Source: Octopus sinensis
Taxonomy: Eukaryota
NCBI RefSeq assembly: GCF_006345805.1
Contig: NC_043000.1
Location: forward strand, 151,590,001 to 151,654,000
Direction of reading: 5' to 3'
DNA: 64,000 nt
The notes under the pieces are model-generated. The model was not told the DNA's origin and did no database searches. It was given only the letters and a program-made list of their open reading frames with translations. The position numbers and the translations under genes are program-made. Below, piece after piece: positions 21,401 through 35,400 of this stretch (position 1 is the first letter of the stretch; the number at the start of each line of letters is the position of its first letter).

Positions 21401-23385
21401 AGCTTTTAACGTGCCATCGGCACGGAAGCCAGCCAAGGCGGCGCTGGCAACGGCCACGTTCGGATGGTGCTTTTTATGTGCCACCGGCACAGAAGCCAGT
21501 CGAGGCAGCGCTGGTATCGGCCGAAAAAAGAGCTTTAAGCAAAGAATATACACCTTCAGTAAATAAGTAATAAAAAAAATGCTAACACGTAGTTACATAA
21601 TTAAATGTCCTATCTACTCTAATAAAATAATTCACTGTTAGGAATAATGCACCAGGCCAATATTTGTAAGTGAAGGCTATGGAATTATTTGAATTTGATT
21701 CATGGTATTTGTTTTATTGAAGCTAGAGTCCTTCATAAAAGTTGATCTCAGTGGATTTGAACCCAAACCTTACAAATGTATAAAACATTTGTGCCAGATC
21801 TCAACTTTTCAATCAACTCCCCACCCTTACACATAACTAATATTAACTGCTGTTTAAAATTATGCAAGTAGCATTGAGTAGACAACAAATAGTCTCCCTT
21901 TATTCAATATATCTTCCATCTTTAAAATAGTTTTAAATAATAATAATAATGAAATTATTGTATACAGTGCTCAGGTGCACCACAATTTATCAGAAAGTGC
22001 ATATAGAGTATATGCAGAAATGTACAAATGTCTGGAAAGCGAACAATGCATGAGTCAGATACATGCTTGTGTGTGTATGGAGGGGAGGAAATCAGGTGTA
22101 GTGTTGGCGAATCCCAGGAAGCATGGAAGTTTTGAAGGATGCAGTGCTCCGACAACTAACAACTGATGCTGGCAGTTTGTTCCATACAACAAATAGTCTC
22201 CCTTTATTCAACATATATTTCATCTTTAAACTAGTTCCTTCAAAGCAGTAACTTAAACAATGAGTTTTGAAAAATCCTTTTGTTTTTGTATTAAAAAGTA
22301 TTAATTTAATATTTTGTTTTAATGAAATTATTTGCACAATAAAGTAAAATGTAATTTACCTGAAGAAAAACAAGATAAGGAAAAACAAACGTTTCCATAT
22401 AAGATGCAGCAAGCTGAAAAAGAGCAAAACATTATTTTGTTAAATATGTTTAAATGCAGTTTAAGTGTTAAAGCTTAGTGTTACATAGAAGTCATTCATG
22501 GAAAATATAACACAGATATCTGAGATATTTTAATGAATAAGAAAAATACATGTAGATTAATTTATAAAAACTTTGAATGCACAAAAAGTTTAACTCAAAA
22601 TCTTTATAGCTTCAATGTATTATTATATAGAGTAAAAAAATTCTCATATAGCGGTGGTGCCCCAGCATGGCCGCGGCCTTCGGGCTGAAACACTTTTAAG
22701 GATTTATACACAAATTCAATTCCACCCCACCTCTCTCTCATGCGCATATACATATAAGTGTAGGTACGCGTACGAAGAGATAGAAACAGAAAGTGATCCT
22801 AAACAAATTGCATTTATTAAAATATTTCACTTCCAGGGTCTTATTATTTAAATTAATTTGATGAAATATAGGTTAATGGTAAAGTTTACATCACCAATTC
22901 TCTATTTAATCTAAATACATTCTGAAATATAATTAGGAACCAATAAATGAACCTTTACAGGGTTGCTTAACCAACCAGAGATAGCAACCAAACCCACTTC
23001 TCAAATTCTTTTGTTTTTCTGAGAAAAAGGACACATTGGATAACAAAGTCTGAAAGTAAGACAGGATGGTCACAACTGGGTCGTCTGTAATCAAAGGTTT
23101 GCTTAATCAGAGGTGACACAGAATTAAGCTAAAATATCTAAATTTAATTCTTTACTCAGCTGTCACTGAGCATTTTTCTCATACACATATACTCTTTACT
23201 CTTTTACTTGTTTCAGTCATTTGACTGCGGCCATGCTGGAGCACTGCCTTTAGTCGAGCAAATCGACCCCGGGACTTATTCTTTGTAAGCCCAATACTTA
23301 TTCTATCGGTCTCTTTTGCCGAACCACTAAGTGACGGAGACGTAAACACACCAGCATCGGTTGTCAAGCAATGCTAGGGCGACAA

Positions 23386-23434
<49 letters not shown>

Positions 23435-26400
23435 TATATACGACAGGCTTCTTTCAGTTTCCGTCTACCAAATCCACTCACAAGGCTTTGGTCGGCCCGG
23501 GGCTATAGCAGAAGACACATGCCCAAGATGCCACGCAGTGGGACTGAACCCGGAACCATGTGGTTGGTTAGCAAGCTACTTACCACACAGCCACTCCTAT
23601 TTTTACGACAATTCTCAGAAAGATTAAAAAGATAAAAAGACAATTGTATAAAAGATAGCATAAAACCAATCACTTACTAACTGGGTGTTTGTGAAGCAAA
23701 TAGATGCTGCATTGCCCCAATTAGTTCGAATTTCATCAAAACATTGATATGGCTCCCATCCGTACACACGTAGCATGTTTGCACTGGTAGCAAATAAACA
23801 GGACCCAGATGGATGGAAGAGTATGTTGCTAAAAAAAAGCAAATGAAACAGACATTATTACACCAATAAATACAAGAACATATTCTTTGTGGAAAATAGC
23901 GATTTGACGTCTATATCTAGCATGTGTGGAGGCGTAATGGTCCAGTGGTTAGGGCAGCGGACACGCGGTCGGAGAATCGCAGTTTTGATTCCCATACCAG
24001 GCGTTTTGTGTGTTTATTGAGCGAAAAACACCTAAAATAGCTCCACGAGGCTCCGGCAGGGGGTGGTGATCCCTGCTGTACTCTTTCACCACTCTTTCTC
24101 CCACTCTTTCTTCTGTTGGCCTGCTCGCTTAGCCAGCGGGGTGGCGTCGTTCAAAGGCTAAAACAACGCAAATGCATTGTGACCAGCGATGTGTAGCAAC
24201 ATCTGATGGTCTGGTCGGTCACGTGATCACGTGACGTGATCTAGCATGTTGACCGTCCACTTTTAGTGGTCAGTCCTTTAAATTTTGTATGTAAAAAACA
24301 TTTTAATCTTCGGATTTTTTTAATATGCTGGGACACTGGTTTTAATTGATTAATATCAATTTCTACCCTTATTAAATTTTAAATTAAATAAATATGTTCT
24401 CTAACCGGTAAATTGACTGCTGCTACTTATTAGCTGCAGGGTAGTTTTTTCCGATCTCAGCGCGCCAAAGTGAAGGCATTTGAAAGATACACAAAAATAT
24501 AATCAGTTGGACTCCATGCATGCGAGACTCAGGTCAAACGTTTTTGCATCTAGTCCTGCAAATTGTATTTCTATATGACAGACCATGCTGACGAGATTGC
24601 AGTTTATCCTTGCGGATATTAATAACCGAAACTGATTCAGTACATAGGTAATCATTTTTATTTCGTATATTTTCATTTGTCTTGCTTATTTTTAATGCTT
24701 TGGTTTGTGCTGAGTTTTTATTTGAGAACATATTCTTTGTGGAAAATAGCGATTTGACATCTATATCTAGCATGTTGACCGTCCACTTTTAGTGGTCAGT
24801 CCTTTAAATTTTGTATGTAAAATTAAAATGAGGTTCAATAGCTGTAATAGCTATGAACTAGTGGTTGGATTGTTAGAGGTGAAATGGAAACTGATACAAA
24901 ACAGTTAAAGAAAAAGAAAAGTCTTTCTAAAACTAAAATGCTTTTTATGTATTATAATAGAGTACAAATGAAGCCTCCCCAACATTTCAAGAGATGAATG
25001 ATAATACAGCTGACAGGGAACTATTCTCAACTTTGTTCTTTGCTCTGGAGTGCCTGTAAGTCTTTACTATAAATTAATGGCAGTGCTCTAATTGCAAAAT
25101 CCCTCAAGAAGTTGTGAGAAGTTCAAAGCCTGGAAGAGGAGACTTCAACCAAGATGATGATGAATCAGGATGAACATGGATAACATTAGGTTATCATCAT
25201 CATCATTTAGCGTCCGCTTTCCATGCTAGCATGGGTTGGACGGTTCAACTGGGGTCTGTGAAGCCAGAAGGCTGCACCAGGCCCAGTCTGATCTGGCAGT
25301 GTTTCTACAGCTGGATGCCCTTCCTAACGCCAACCACTCCGTGAGTGTAGTGGGTGCTTTTTACGTGCCACTCGCACAGGTGCCAGATGGAGCTAGCAAA
25401 CGGCCACGGACGGATGCTGCTTTTTATGTGCCACCGGCACTAGTATCAATAATTAGTAAATAAAAAAATGACAAGCACCAGGTAAATGATCGTTTCTAAT
25501 ATGCAGAAAAGTTTGGCAGTAAAATATACAGGAGAGGTGTAAAAAGGCTGCAGATAAATGAGCCGAGATTCCTTATTATCTACCTATGTCTGCAATAAGC
25601 ATTTGATTATCCTGTTGGATTTTCTTTGTGCTCATCATCCAATGAGGTTCTTGTTCATTAATGCATGAAATTAAAAAAAGGTCATCAAGGCAAGCCCCAC
25701 CACTGACGGAATGTAGACAGGCTTCAGATATGATCTGACCTCACTAAAGATAGGTAGCAATGAGTTCAAGGTAAACATGGAAATTGAGAAGTTGGTTAAC
25801 ATGTAGTGTGAATAATAATCATCATCATCATCATCGTTTAACGTCCGTTTTCCATGCTAGCATGGGTTGGACGGTTCAACTGGGGTCTGGAAAGCCAGGA
25901 AGGCTGCACCAGACTCCAGTCTGATCTGGCAGTGTTTCTACAGCTGGATGCCCTTCCTAACGCCATCATCATTTAATGTCTGTTGTCCATGCTGGCAAGC
26001 TGGAAGGCTGCACCAGACCCCAGTCTGATTTGGCATGGTTTCTATGTCTGGATGCCCTTCCTAATGCCAACCACTCCGAGAGTGTAATGAGCGCTTTTAT
26101 GTGCCACCGGCACAGGTGCCATTTGCATGACACTGGTATCTGCCATGACTGCGATTTCACTTGGCTCAATGGGCCTTCTTAAGCAATACCAACATTTATT
26201 TGCACCAATGTCACAAACTAAACAGATAATCTTGTCTAAGGATTCAAAATAAGTATCAAGAGTTATTGAATGCACACCTATCAAACTTGTGTCAACACTG
26301 AATAAAGAAATATGGAAAATGAAGATGAAATAATGCACGCTTTGAAATAGAATTCTTAAAATCAAATCAAAGATAAACTTACTCAACACCATGTGATATT

Positions 26401-29400
26401 TCTGGAGTAGAGCTAACTAAGTGAAAATTTTCTAAATCCCAAAATTTAACAGTCCTGGAAGAAAAATATACATGAATGAATTACGTCATCTACGCAATTA
26501 AATCTTATTTTAATTAAAGATACAAGGGACATTTTTATTATTTTTACTTTCTTTTTGTAAAATGGTATTAAATTTTAACAAGTAATTTATTAAGTTATGG
26601 TACAAATTATCCCAGCAATATTTCTAATATATACAAATTTATTTAATACAATAGTATGCACAGACCTTAAAATTAATTAAAGGTAAAAAAGAGTAATACA
26701 CCAATAAACTAAGATTTGTCATCTTTGAAGAGAAGAAAAAATTGAAACAGGATTTTAAAATTATAGTAAAATTCTGACAGTGAAAAAACTGCAAGTCTAA
26801 ACAAAGAATTTAAGGGCTTACCTATCAGAACTGCCTGAAGCCAATAATAGTTCACCAGGATGAAAGTCAACTACGTTGACACCAGATTTATGTCCTTTCA
26901 AATCTGCTAATAATTTACCTGCTTTTAAATCCCACAACTGAAAGTAAAAAAGGTAAAAAAAATAATAATAATAATAATTTTGATTTCTTACATTGACACA
27001 AGGTCGTAAATTTGTATTTGAGGGATCTCATCATCTAAATTTACTCAAGTGCATGTTTAGTACTTATCTTATCAACCCTGAAGGTATAAAAGCAAAGTTG
27101 ATTCAACATCTAAACTTAGACTGTAAAAGTATACAGCCAAATACTAGCGTAAGGCGCTTAGTCTAATGCTCAGCTATTTCTGCCTGCAAAATGTTTTCAA
27201 AGGTATTGATCAAAATGTCACATTGCAGTTATATATATTTCTTTATTGCCCACAGGGGGCTAAACATAGAGGGACAAACAAGGACAGATTACATCGATCC
27301 CAGTGCGAAATTGGTACTTTATTTATTGACCCCGAAAGGATGAAAGGCAAAGTCGACCTCGGCGGAATTTGAACTCAGAACGTAACGGCAGACGAAATGC
27401 GGCTACGCATTTCACCCGGCGTGCTAACGTTTCTGCCAGCTCACCGCCTTTTTATAATATAATAACATTGCAGTTATTATATAGATATCATCATAATCTA
27501 ACGTCTGCCTTCCATGTTGGCATGGGTTGCACTGTTTGACAAGGGGCTGGCCAGGCAGGAGCCTGCACCAAATTTCTGTGTCTGTTTTTGCCAGGTTTTT
27601 ACAGCTGGTTGCCCTTCCCAACACTAACTGCACGGCAGGGTGGACTGAGAGCTTTTTACGTGGCACAAGCACAAGCAAGGTCAGTTTTGGCATGATTTTC
27701 ACGGTTGGATGTCCTTCCAAACACCAACCACCCAGCAGGGTGGACTGGATGCTTTCCAAGTGGCGCCACCAGTGGCAGGGTCTTGCAAGACAAACAATAG
27801 CACAGTGAAAAAATAAGATGTAACTGTAACAGCAGGAGTGGCTGTGTGGTAAGTAGCTTGCTAACCAACCACATGGTTCCGGGTTCAGTCCCACCGCATG
27901 GCATCTTGGGCAAATGTCTTCTGCTATAGCCCCGGGCCGACCAATGCATTGTGAGTGGATTTGGTAGACGGAAACTGAAAGAAGCCTGTCGTATATATGT
28001 ATATATATATATATGTGTGTGTATGTGTTTGTGTGTCTGTGTTTGTCCCCCTAGCATTACTTGACAACCGACAGATATTGCTTGACAACTAACAGATATA
28101 CTCCAGCCTCTGGCCCATAGGTATGCCATCGCCTCTATCACTTCTATTATGGCTTCTTTTCTTTGGAGCTGGCTCTAATTGTACCTCCACCTCATGTCGC
28201 TATTGATACATCTAACCCTCACACTAAATGTTATGGCCAGTCTTTTCTCCGCAGAATATTAGTTTCCTGAAATCTCCTCCCTCCTCATGAATTCCCTGCA
28301 GCTGTTCATCGACAACAGTTTCGATGGAACATCAATGGCATCAACCTCACTGGTCTCAGAGGGTCCACAAAGGCCAGGGACATTATTCACTGCTCCAGAC
28401 TCAGCAAGTAAAGAAGAAAAGGTAGGAACCATTACCTCCTCACAATGAAGAGACAAAACACTATGGCGTAGTACAAACGAACAAGGCAGTGATTTTTAAG
28501 AACAGCATGTTATCTGACATTGCCTCAGTTCATATAAACATTGGGAATAGACATGAAATCATCTGGAGATGTTATCTATGATAAACACACATGATGTCCA
28601 AGAGTACATATATCTTACATCCATTAGACAGCATAAAATCAGGACTAAGTGCCAACTCTCTCAGGCTTCATAAATATTTGGAGACATTCCTCTTCTCTTT
28701 TTTAATACTTGTTTCAGTCATTTGACTGTGGTCATGCTGGGGCAATGCCTTTGAAGAATTTTTAGTCAAAATAATTGAACCCAGTACTTTTTATTTAAGC
28801 CTGGTACTTATTCTATTGATCTCTTTTGCCAAACCGCTAGGTTATGGGGATGTAAACACACCAACACTGGTTGTCAAGTAGTGGTGGGGGACAAACAGAA
28901 ACACATGCATAGGTATATATACAATGAGCTTCTTTCAGTTTCAGTCTACCAAATCCACTCACAAAGCTGTGGTCAGCCCAAGACTACAGTAGAAGACACT
29001 TGCCCAAGGTGCCACACAGTGGGAATGAACCCAGAACCATGTGGTTGTGAAGCAAGCTTCTTACCACACAACCACACCTGCACCTAGGTTTTCTTTACTG
29101 TTATACATTTTATAAAGTTAGCAGATTTCAATAGTTTAATCATCCTCTTAGTCACGTAAAATGTAGGTGCTATTACTCACAGTTGAACCGTCTAGTTAAA
29201 TTTCTTAACCAAAGAGCTGCAAATAGGTACCTTATTTCTTTACTGCCCACAAGGGGCTACACACAGAGGGGACAAACAAGGACAGACAAACGGATTAAGT
29301 CGATTACATCGACCCCAGTGTGTAACTGGTACTTATTTAATCGACCCCGAAAGGATGAAAGGCAAAGTCAACCGCGACGGAATTTGAACTCAGAACGTAA

Positions 29401-32400
29401 TGGCAGATGAAATACCTATTTCTTTACTACCCACAAGGGGCTACACACAGAGGGGACAAACAAGGACAGACAAAGGGATTAAGTCGATTACATCTACCCC
29501 AGTGCATAACTGGTACTTATTTAATTGACCCCGAAAAGATGAAAGGCAAAGTCGACCTCAGCGAAATTTGAACTCAGAACATAACGGCACACGAAATATG
29601 GCTACGCATTTCGCCCGGTGTGCTAATGTTTCTGCCAGCTTGCCGCCCTGCAACCAGAACAAATATTGCAGCCAGAACAAAATATTCCAACTGGAACAAA
29701 AATATTGCAAAGCAATTTTTCCGATGATCTAACGTAGCAGCAGACGAAATATCACTAAGCATTTCGCCCGGCGTGCTAATGTTTCTGCAAGCTTGCCACC
29801 TTGGAGAGGACAGTTTGCCATTTAAAGCTATGAGGTGCAATTAACAAAACCTGAGTTCAAATTATTCCATGAATCAGGAGAAAGCCAACAAATGAAGCCA
29901 TTCAAGTGTATCTTTACTTGAAGCACAACACAAACATATTCAGAGATGCTCCAATGGGTTATGACATTTAGCAGCTACCTTTTGGTGCTTGCACGGGACA
30001 CAGAGTTTGCTGAGGCAGATTTTCTATAACTGGATGCCCTTCTTGTCACCAACCAACCCTCACCTGTTTCCAAGCAAGGTAATATTTCCCCAATGGCCAG
30101 ACATGCTTTCCATGGAAGAATGGAAGAACATAGTTTGTATGATGGTGATACTCATTTACAACCATCACAGGATGTCATGGTAAAGGTACACACAAACACA
30201 CCTACTCTCTCTCTCTCACTCACTCCTTCCCTCTCACACACACACACACACACACACAATCACAAAGGCTTTCTTAAACCCTTTCGTTACTGTATTTACT
30301 TTGAGATGCTCTGTGCTTCTTTCAGTTACTTTAATCCTTTTGTTACTGTATTTATTTTGAGATGCTCTGTGTTTCTTTCAATTACTTTAAATATAACAAA
30401 GAATTTAGTAAAATGACTTAGCTATCATTAAGCTAGTGTTAGGAACATAAATTGTGACTAAGGTTTGGTGGAAGATTTTAATTCAAAACTTATGTAAACA
30501 AGACATTTGTACTCAGAGCCAGAGCCGGTTTCAGCCGGGTTGGTAACGAAAGGGTTAAATATAACAAAGAGTTTAGTAAAATAACTTTATCACTCAGTTA
30601 GTGATAGGAACATAAATTGTGGCTAAGGTTTGGTGGAAGATTTTGATTCAAAACCTATGAAAACAAGGCATTTGTACTCAGAGCCAGAGCCAGTTTCAGC
30701 CGGGTTGGTATCAAAAGGGTTAAGTTTCCGTCTACCAAATCCACTTACAAGGCTTTGGTTGCCCCAGGGATATAAAAAAAAGACACATGCCCATGAAGCT
30801 GTGCAGTGGGACTGAACACAAGACCACAGGGTTGGGAAACTAACCTCTTACCCATACAGCCACACCCACACCTATTGGTAGTACAATAATTACATGATCA
30901 ACAACTGGCTAAAAAACTGAACATTATCTTCTATTCTAACACCACTAAACCAGAGTCAGAAAAAACACTCTTTCAATCTTCCCTCGTGATAAAGCAGTTT
31001 TATAGCTTTTATATCTGGATTACAAAGAGAATCAATATAATACTGCTTCTGCTTCATATGCTGGTAAGATTAATATTCAGTTGTTGAGCCTCAGATAAGT
31101 CCTGGTCAACGATGACCACATCATCATTCTCCTAAACGCAGAGTACATTATTTAATGAGTTCTTATCACAAGATGGTTGTTCATGATTTGAGAAGGCATT
31201 TGGCTGCTACTTGTAACAGATGGAGCAGCAACCACATGGTAGTTCCTTCATTGGCTCAGGTTAAAAGTACATGCAGCTTGTTTCTTCTTCACCCGCTGAG
31301 ACTTCAGAATAGTCGTCAATATTAATCAATAAATATTGATTTCTTATATTTGCACAAGGTTTTAAGATTGTAGGCAAGAAGGAATATCATCAACTGAATC
31401 ATCCCTACTGTATTACTGGTATGTATTGTATCACACTCTCACCTCCATGCCAGCACCCCACTGGGGTGGAAGCCAAAGCCAACCATGACAGGATTTGAAC
31501 TCAAAGCATTTAAAAAAAGAAAAGGAAACCATACAATGCTGTGGCCTACAATACTGTGCTCTAACTTTGGCACTAGGCCAGTGATTTGCAAGGAGGGTAG
31601 GAGACACAATTGACCCTAGTACCTAATTAATAATTACTTCATTGACCCCCAAAAGATGAAGACTCATGCTGACATTGGTAGGGTTTGAACTCAGAACATA
31701 TAGAGGTATGGCTAAAAACTACAAGGTATTTACTCTTGACTCAGAGCTGGCAGAAACGTTAGCACACCGGGTGAAATACGTAGCCGTATTTAGTCTATCT
31801 TTACGTTCTGAGTTCAAATTCCGCCGAGGTCGACTTTGCTTTTCATCCTTTCGGGGTCGATAAATTAAGTACCAGTTACGGACTGGGGTCAATGTAATCG
31901 ACTTAATCCGTTTGTCCCCTCTGTGTTTAGCCCCTTGTGGGTAGTAAAGAAATAGGTATTTACTCTTGACATGTTACCTTACCAATGTCTTGTAGTGGTT
32001 TATAATACCTTTGTAGCTACACCTCAGAAACGAATGCAAGAAAATAGATATATTAAAATAGTTACAAGCTGACACTGATTCTATTTTTTTTTTCTGTGAT
32101 AAAATAGCTGACACTCATCTGAGAGAATAAGAAAAATAATATCAATGAAATATCAAAAATTATATAATTTAAAGCCAATTTGTACCTCATTTCTTTACTG
32201 CCCACAAGGGGCTACACACAGAGGGGACAAACGAGGACAGACAAACGGATTAAGTCGATTATATCGATCCCAGTGCATAACTGGTACTTATTTAATCGAC
32301 CCCGAAAGGGTGAAAGGCAAAGTCGACCTTGGCGAAATTTAAACTCAGAACATAGCAGCAGACGAAATACCACTAAGCATTTCGCCCGGCATGCTAACGT

Positions 32401-35400
32401 TTCTGCCAGCTTGCCACCTTGGAGAGGACATCTGGGTTTACTAAAATGACAAGACAAAAATTTAAGGAAGTTTTGGGAGTCACAGTTGTTTGGGAAGTAA
32501 TTTGATAAAAAAAAAAAAACTAATAGGCGCAGGAGTGGCTGTGTGGTAAGTAGCTCGCTAACCAACCACATGGTTCCTGGTTCAGTCCCACTGCGTGGCA
32601 TCTTGGGCAAGTGTCTTCTGCTGTAGCCCCGGGCCGACCAATGCCTTGTGAGTGGATCTGGTAGACGGAAACTGAAAGAAGCCTGTCGTATATATGTATA
32701 TATGTGTGTGTGTGTTTGTCCCCCTAGCATTGCATGACAACCAATGCTGGTGTGTTTACATCCCCGTCACTTAGCGGTTCGGCAAAAGAGACCGATAGAA
32801 TAAGTACAGGGCTTACAAAAGAATAAGTCCCGGGGTCGATTTGCTCGACTAAAGGCGGTGCTCCAGCATGGCCGCAGTCAAATGACTGAAACAAGTAAAA
32901 GAGTAAAAGAGAAAGAGAGAGTAATAACTTGTGGTGTACTTACTTTTACAATCCCATCATCCCCTGCTGAAGCAATCCAGCCTCCGTCAGGGCTGAACTG
33001 TAAATTGTTAACTGAACCTTGGTGGCCCTGAAAGAAATCAGTTGATAATTTATAGAAACAGAAACAAAAGCAACTGATAAACAACAAAAAAGTTTCTCTG
33101 AAATATATAAGGAGAAATGAAATAAATAGTTTATGTTATGTTGTTTATCTTTAGGCAAGATTTATAGTTTTTGTTGTTTAATTTCAAGTTTGCTTCTAAT
33201 ACAACAAACTTATGATTAAAAGCTTTTCCAGATATGACAATGAAATCCTTCTATATCGAATTGTCATAATGCATCTAGCACTACAATATCAAATGTGACT
33301 TTTGTTTTGTAATATAGTAGGTAATGATACATGGAAGATTTGGCTGCTATTTTTAGCAAGCCAAGTAACACAGATCTTGTTGACTCATAACAAAATGGTT
33401 GGCAAAGATGGTAGATACTTCTCATTAGCAAGGCTTTCTTTTTCATATTTTGCCTCCACCCTCACAACGAGAAAAAAGGGGTTTTTTTTTAATTGTTAGA
33501 TGTCTGATTATAGGTGAAGGAAAGTGTCTGGCAATAATTAACAGATGTTATTACAAGATTACATAAACAGGTAAATTGATTGATACTACCAACAATACTG
33601 TACATAGAAAAAGGTATTAAAACAGTTACCTTATATCTATATATGCAGCTTTTCCGTTTAATGTCCCATAACTGGAAAGAAAATTGGAAACATTACATAA
33701 AAGAGATACAACAAAATTGAAATGAAATTGAAAGAGAATGGATTCCATAAGTTAGTGTCACCATAGAGTATCCATTATTTTCAATGGGTTCATGCTAGCC
33801 TTCTGTATCAAGAATTACTTCCACAGTTCTGACAAGTAACTGACCTTAAAATATCTTTCCATTATCTCTATATTTTAAGTCCTAAGCAAAACTTGTTTTT
33901 TTTCAGTGGAGATGTCTAGAAAATTAAGTCGTGTAAAATTGCATGAGTCTAGAAGACTCGTCTTCTACGCTGCCAGTTTATGATATTCTAGGAAGGAAAA
34001 TTAGACATTTGAAATGTAGAACTTTGGTATCCCTTAATAGAGAAATATCCATTTTCGCTTATTTTTTTATTGATTGAAGCAGTTGATCCCTCTCACTTGC
34101 AATAGCTTCTTCAGATTCTCTCATTCAAAAAATACTATGCTTTTATCTGTGTGACCTAACTGCAGTTAAAGGGAAGCCAGGAGAGAATCTAACAGATATT
34201 ACAACTGAATCTAATGACCAAGTTTTCAATAACAAAATGTATTAAAATTTTTATACATATATTTTGTGTTCTTTTAATTATTTTCATTGACGACTGGCTT
34301 CTGTGCCGGTGGCACATAAAAAGCACCATCCGAATGTGGCCGATGCCAGCACCGCCTCGACTGGCTTCTGTGCCGGTAGCACATAAAAAGCACCATCCGA
34401 ACGTGGCCGATGCCAGCGTCGCCTTGGCTGGCTTCCGTGCCGGTGGCACGTTAAAAGCACCAACCGATCGTGGCCGATGCCAGACTCCCCTGGCACCTGT
34501 GCCGGTGGCACGTAAAAAGCACCCACTACACTCGCGGAGTGGTTGGCGTTAGGAAGGGCATCCAGCTGTAGAAACACTGCCAAATCAGACTGGAGCCTGG
34601 TGCAGCCCCTGGCTTCCCATACCCTGGTCGAACCGTCCAACCCATGCTAGCATGGAAAGCGGACAGTAAATGATGATGATGATGATGATGACCGAGCAAC
34701 CCAACGTGCTTTAACTATGTCAAAAAATAATTAATGTAGTAGTTTGGAACTGCACAAGAGTCAGTCCAGCAGCACTGGCCACGACCTCGCTCGAATGTTT
34801 TGTTCACGTGGCACGTGAACAAAACATTTGAGCGAGGTCATTGCCAGTGCTGCTGGACTGACTCTTGTGTAGGTGGCATGTAAAAAACACCATTTTAGAG
34901 CGTGGCCGTTGCCAGTACCGCCAGACTGGCCCACGTGCCAGTGGCACTTTAAAAGCACCCACTACACTCTTGGAGTGGTTGGCGTTAGGAAGGGCATCCA
35001 GCTGTAGAAACTCTGCCAGATCAGATTGGAGCCTGGTGCAGCCATCTGGTTTGCCAGTCCTCAGTCAAATCGTCCAATCCATGCTTGCATGGAAAGCGGA
35101 CATTAAACGATGATGATGATTTGGAACAAAGATTTTTTCTCTTCATGTGCAATAGTCATTATGACTATTTGCTTCAATAAATTTTCAGGGCTTTAGTGAA
35201 GCAAACTAGCTTCTGTTGTTTTCACTGACCCATTAACCTGGTGCTTAGAAAACAGCCTAACAAACTGTTACTGCATTAAAATTGGATGGAATGTTTAGCT
35301 ACTGAAATTTCATATTTAAGTAATAAGATTAAGTAGATACATGAATATTAACAGTTTAAATTCTTGTATAGAAATCTACTTGAAAACACCCTTGTTCCAT

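Noticed and set aside
28259-28456. Minus [20 protein letters not shown]... inside a KATNB1 intron
   Set aside because: No place for it in the frame-consistent WD40 exon chain (LWDLKAG follows GIVK directly) and no recognisable homology.
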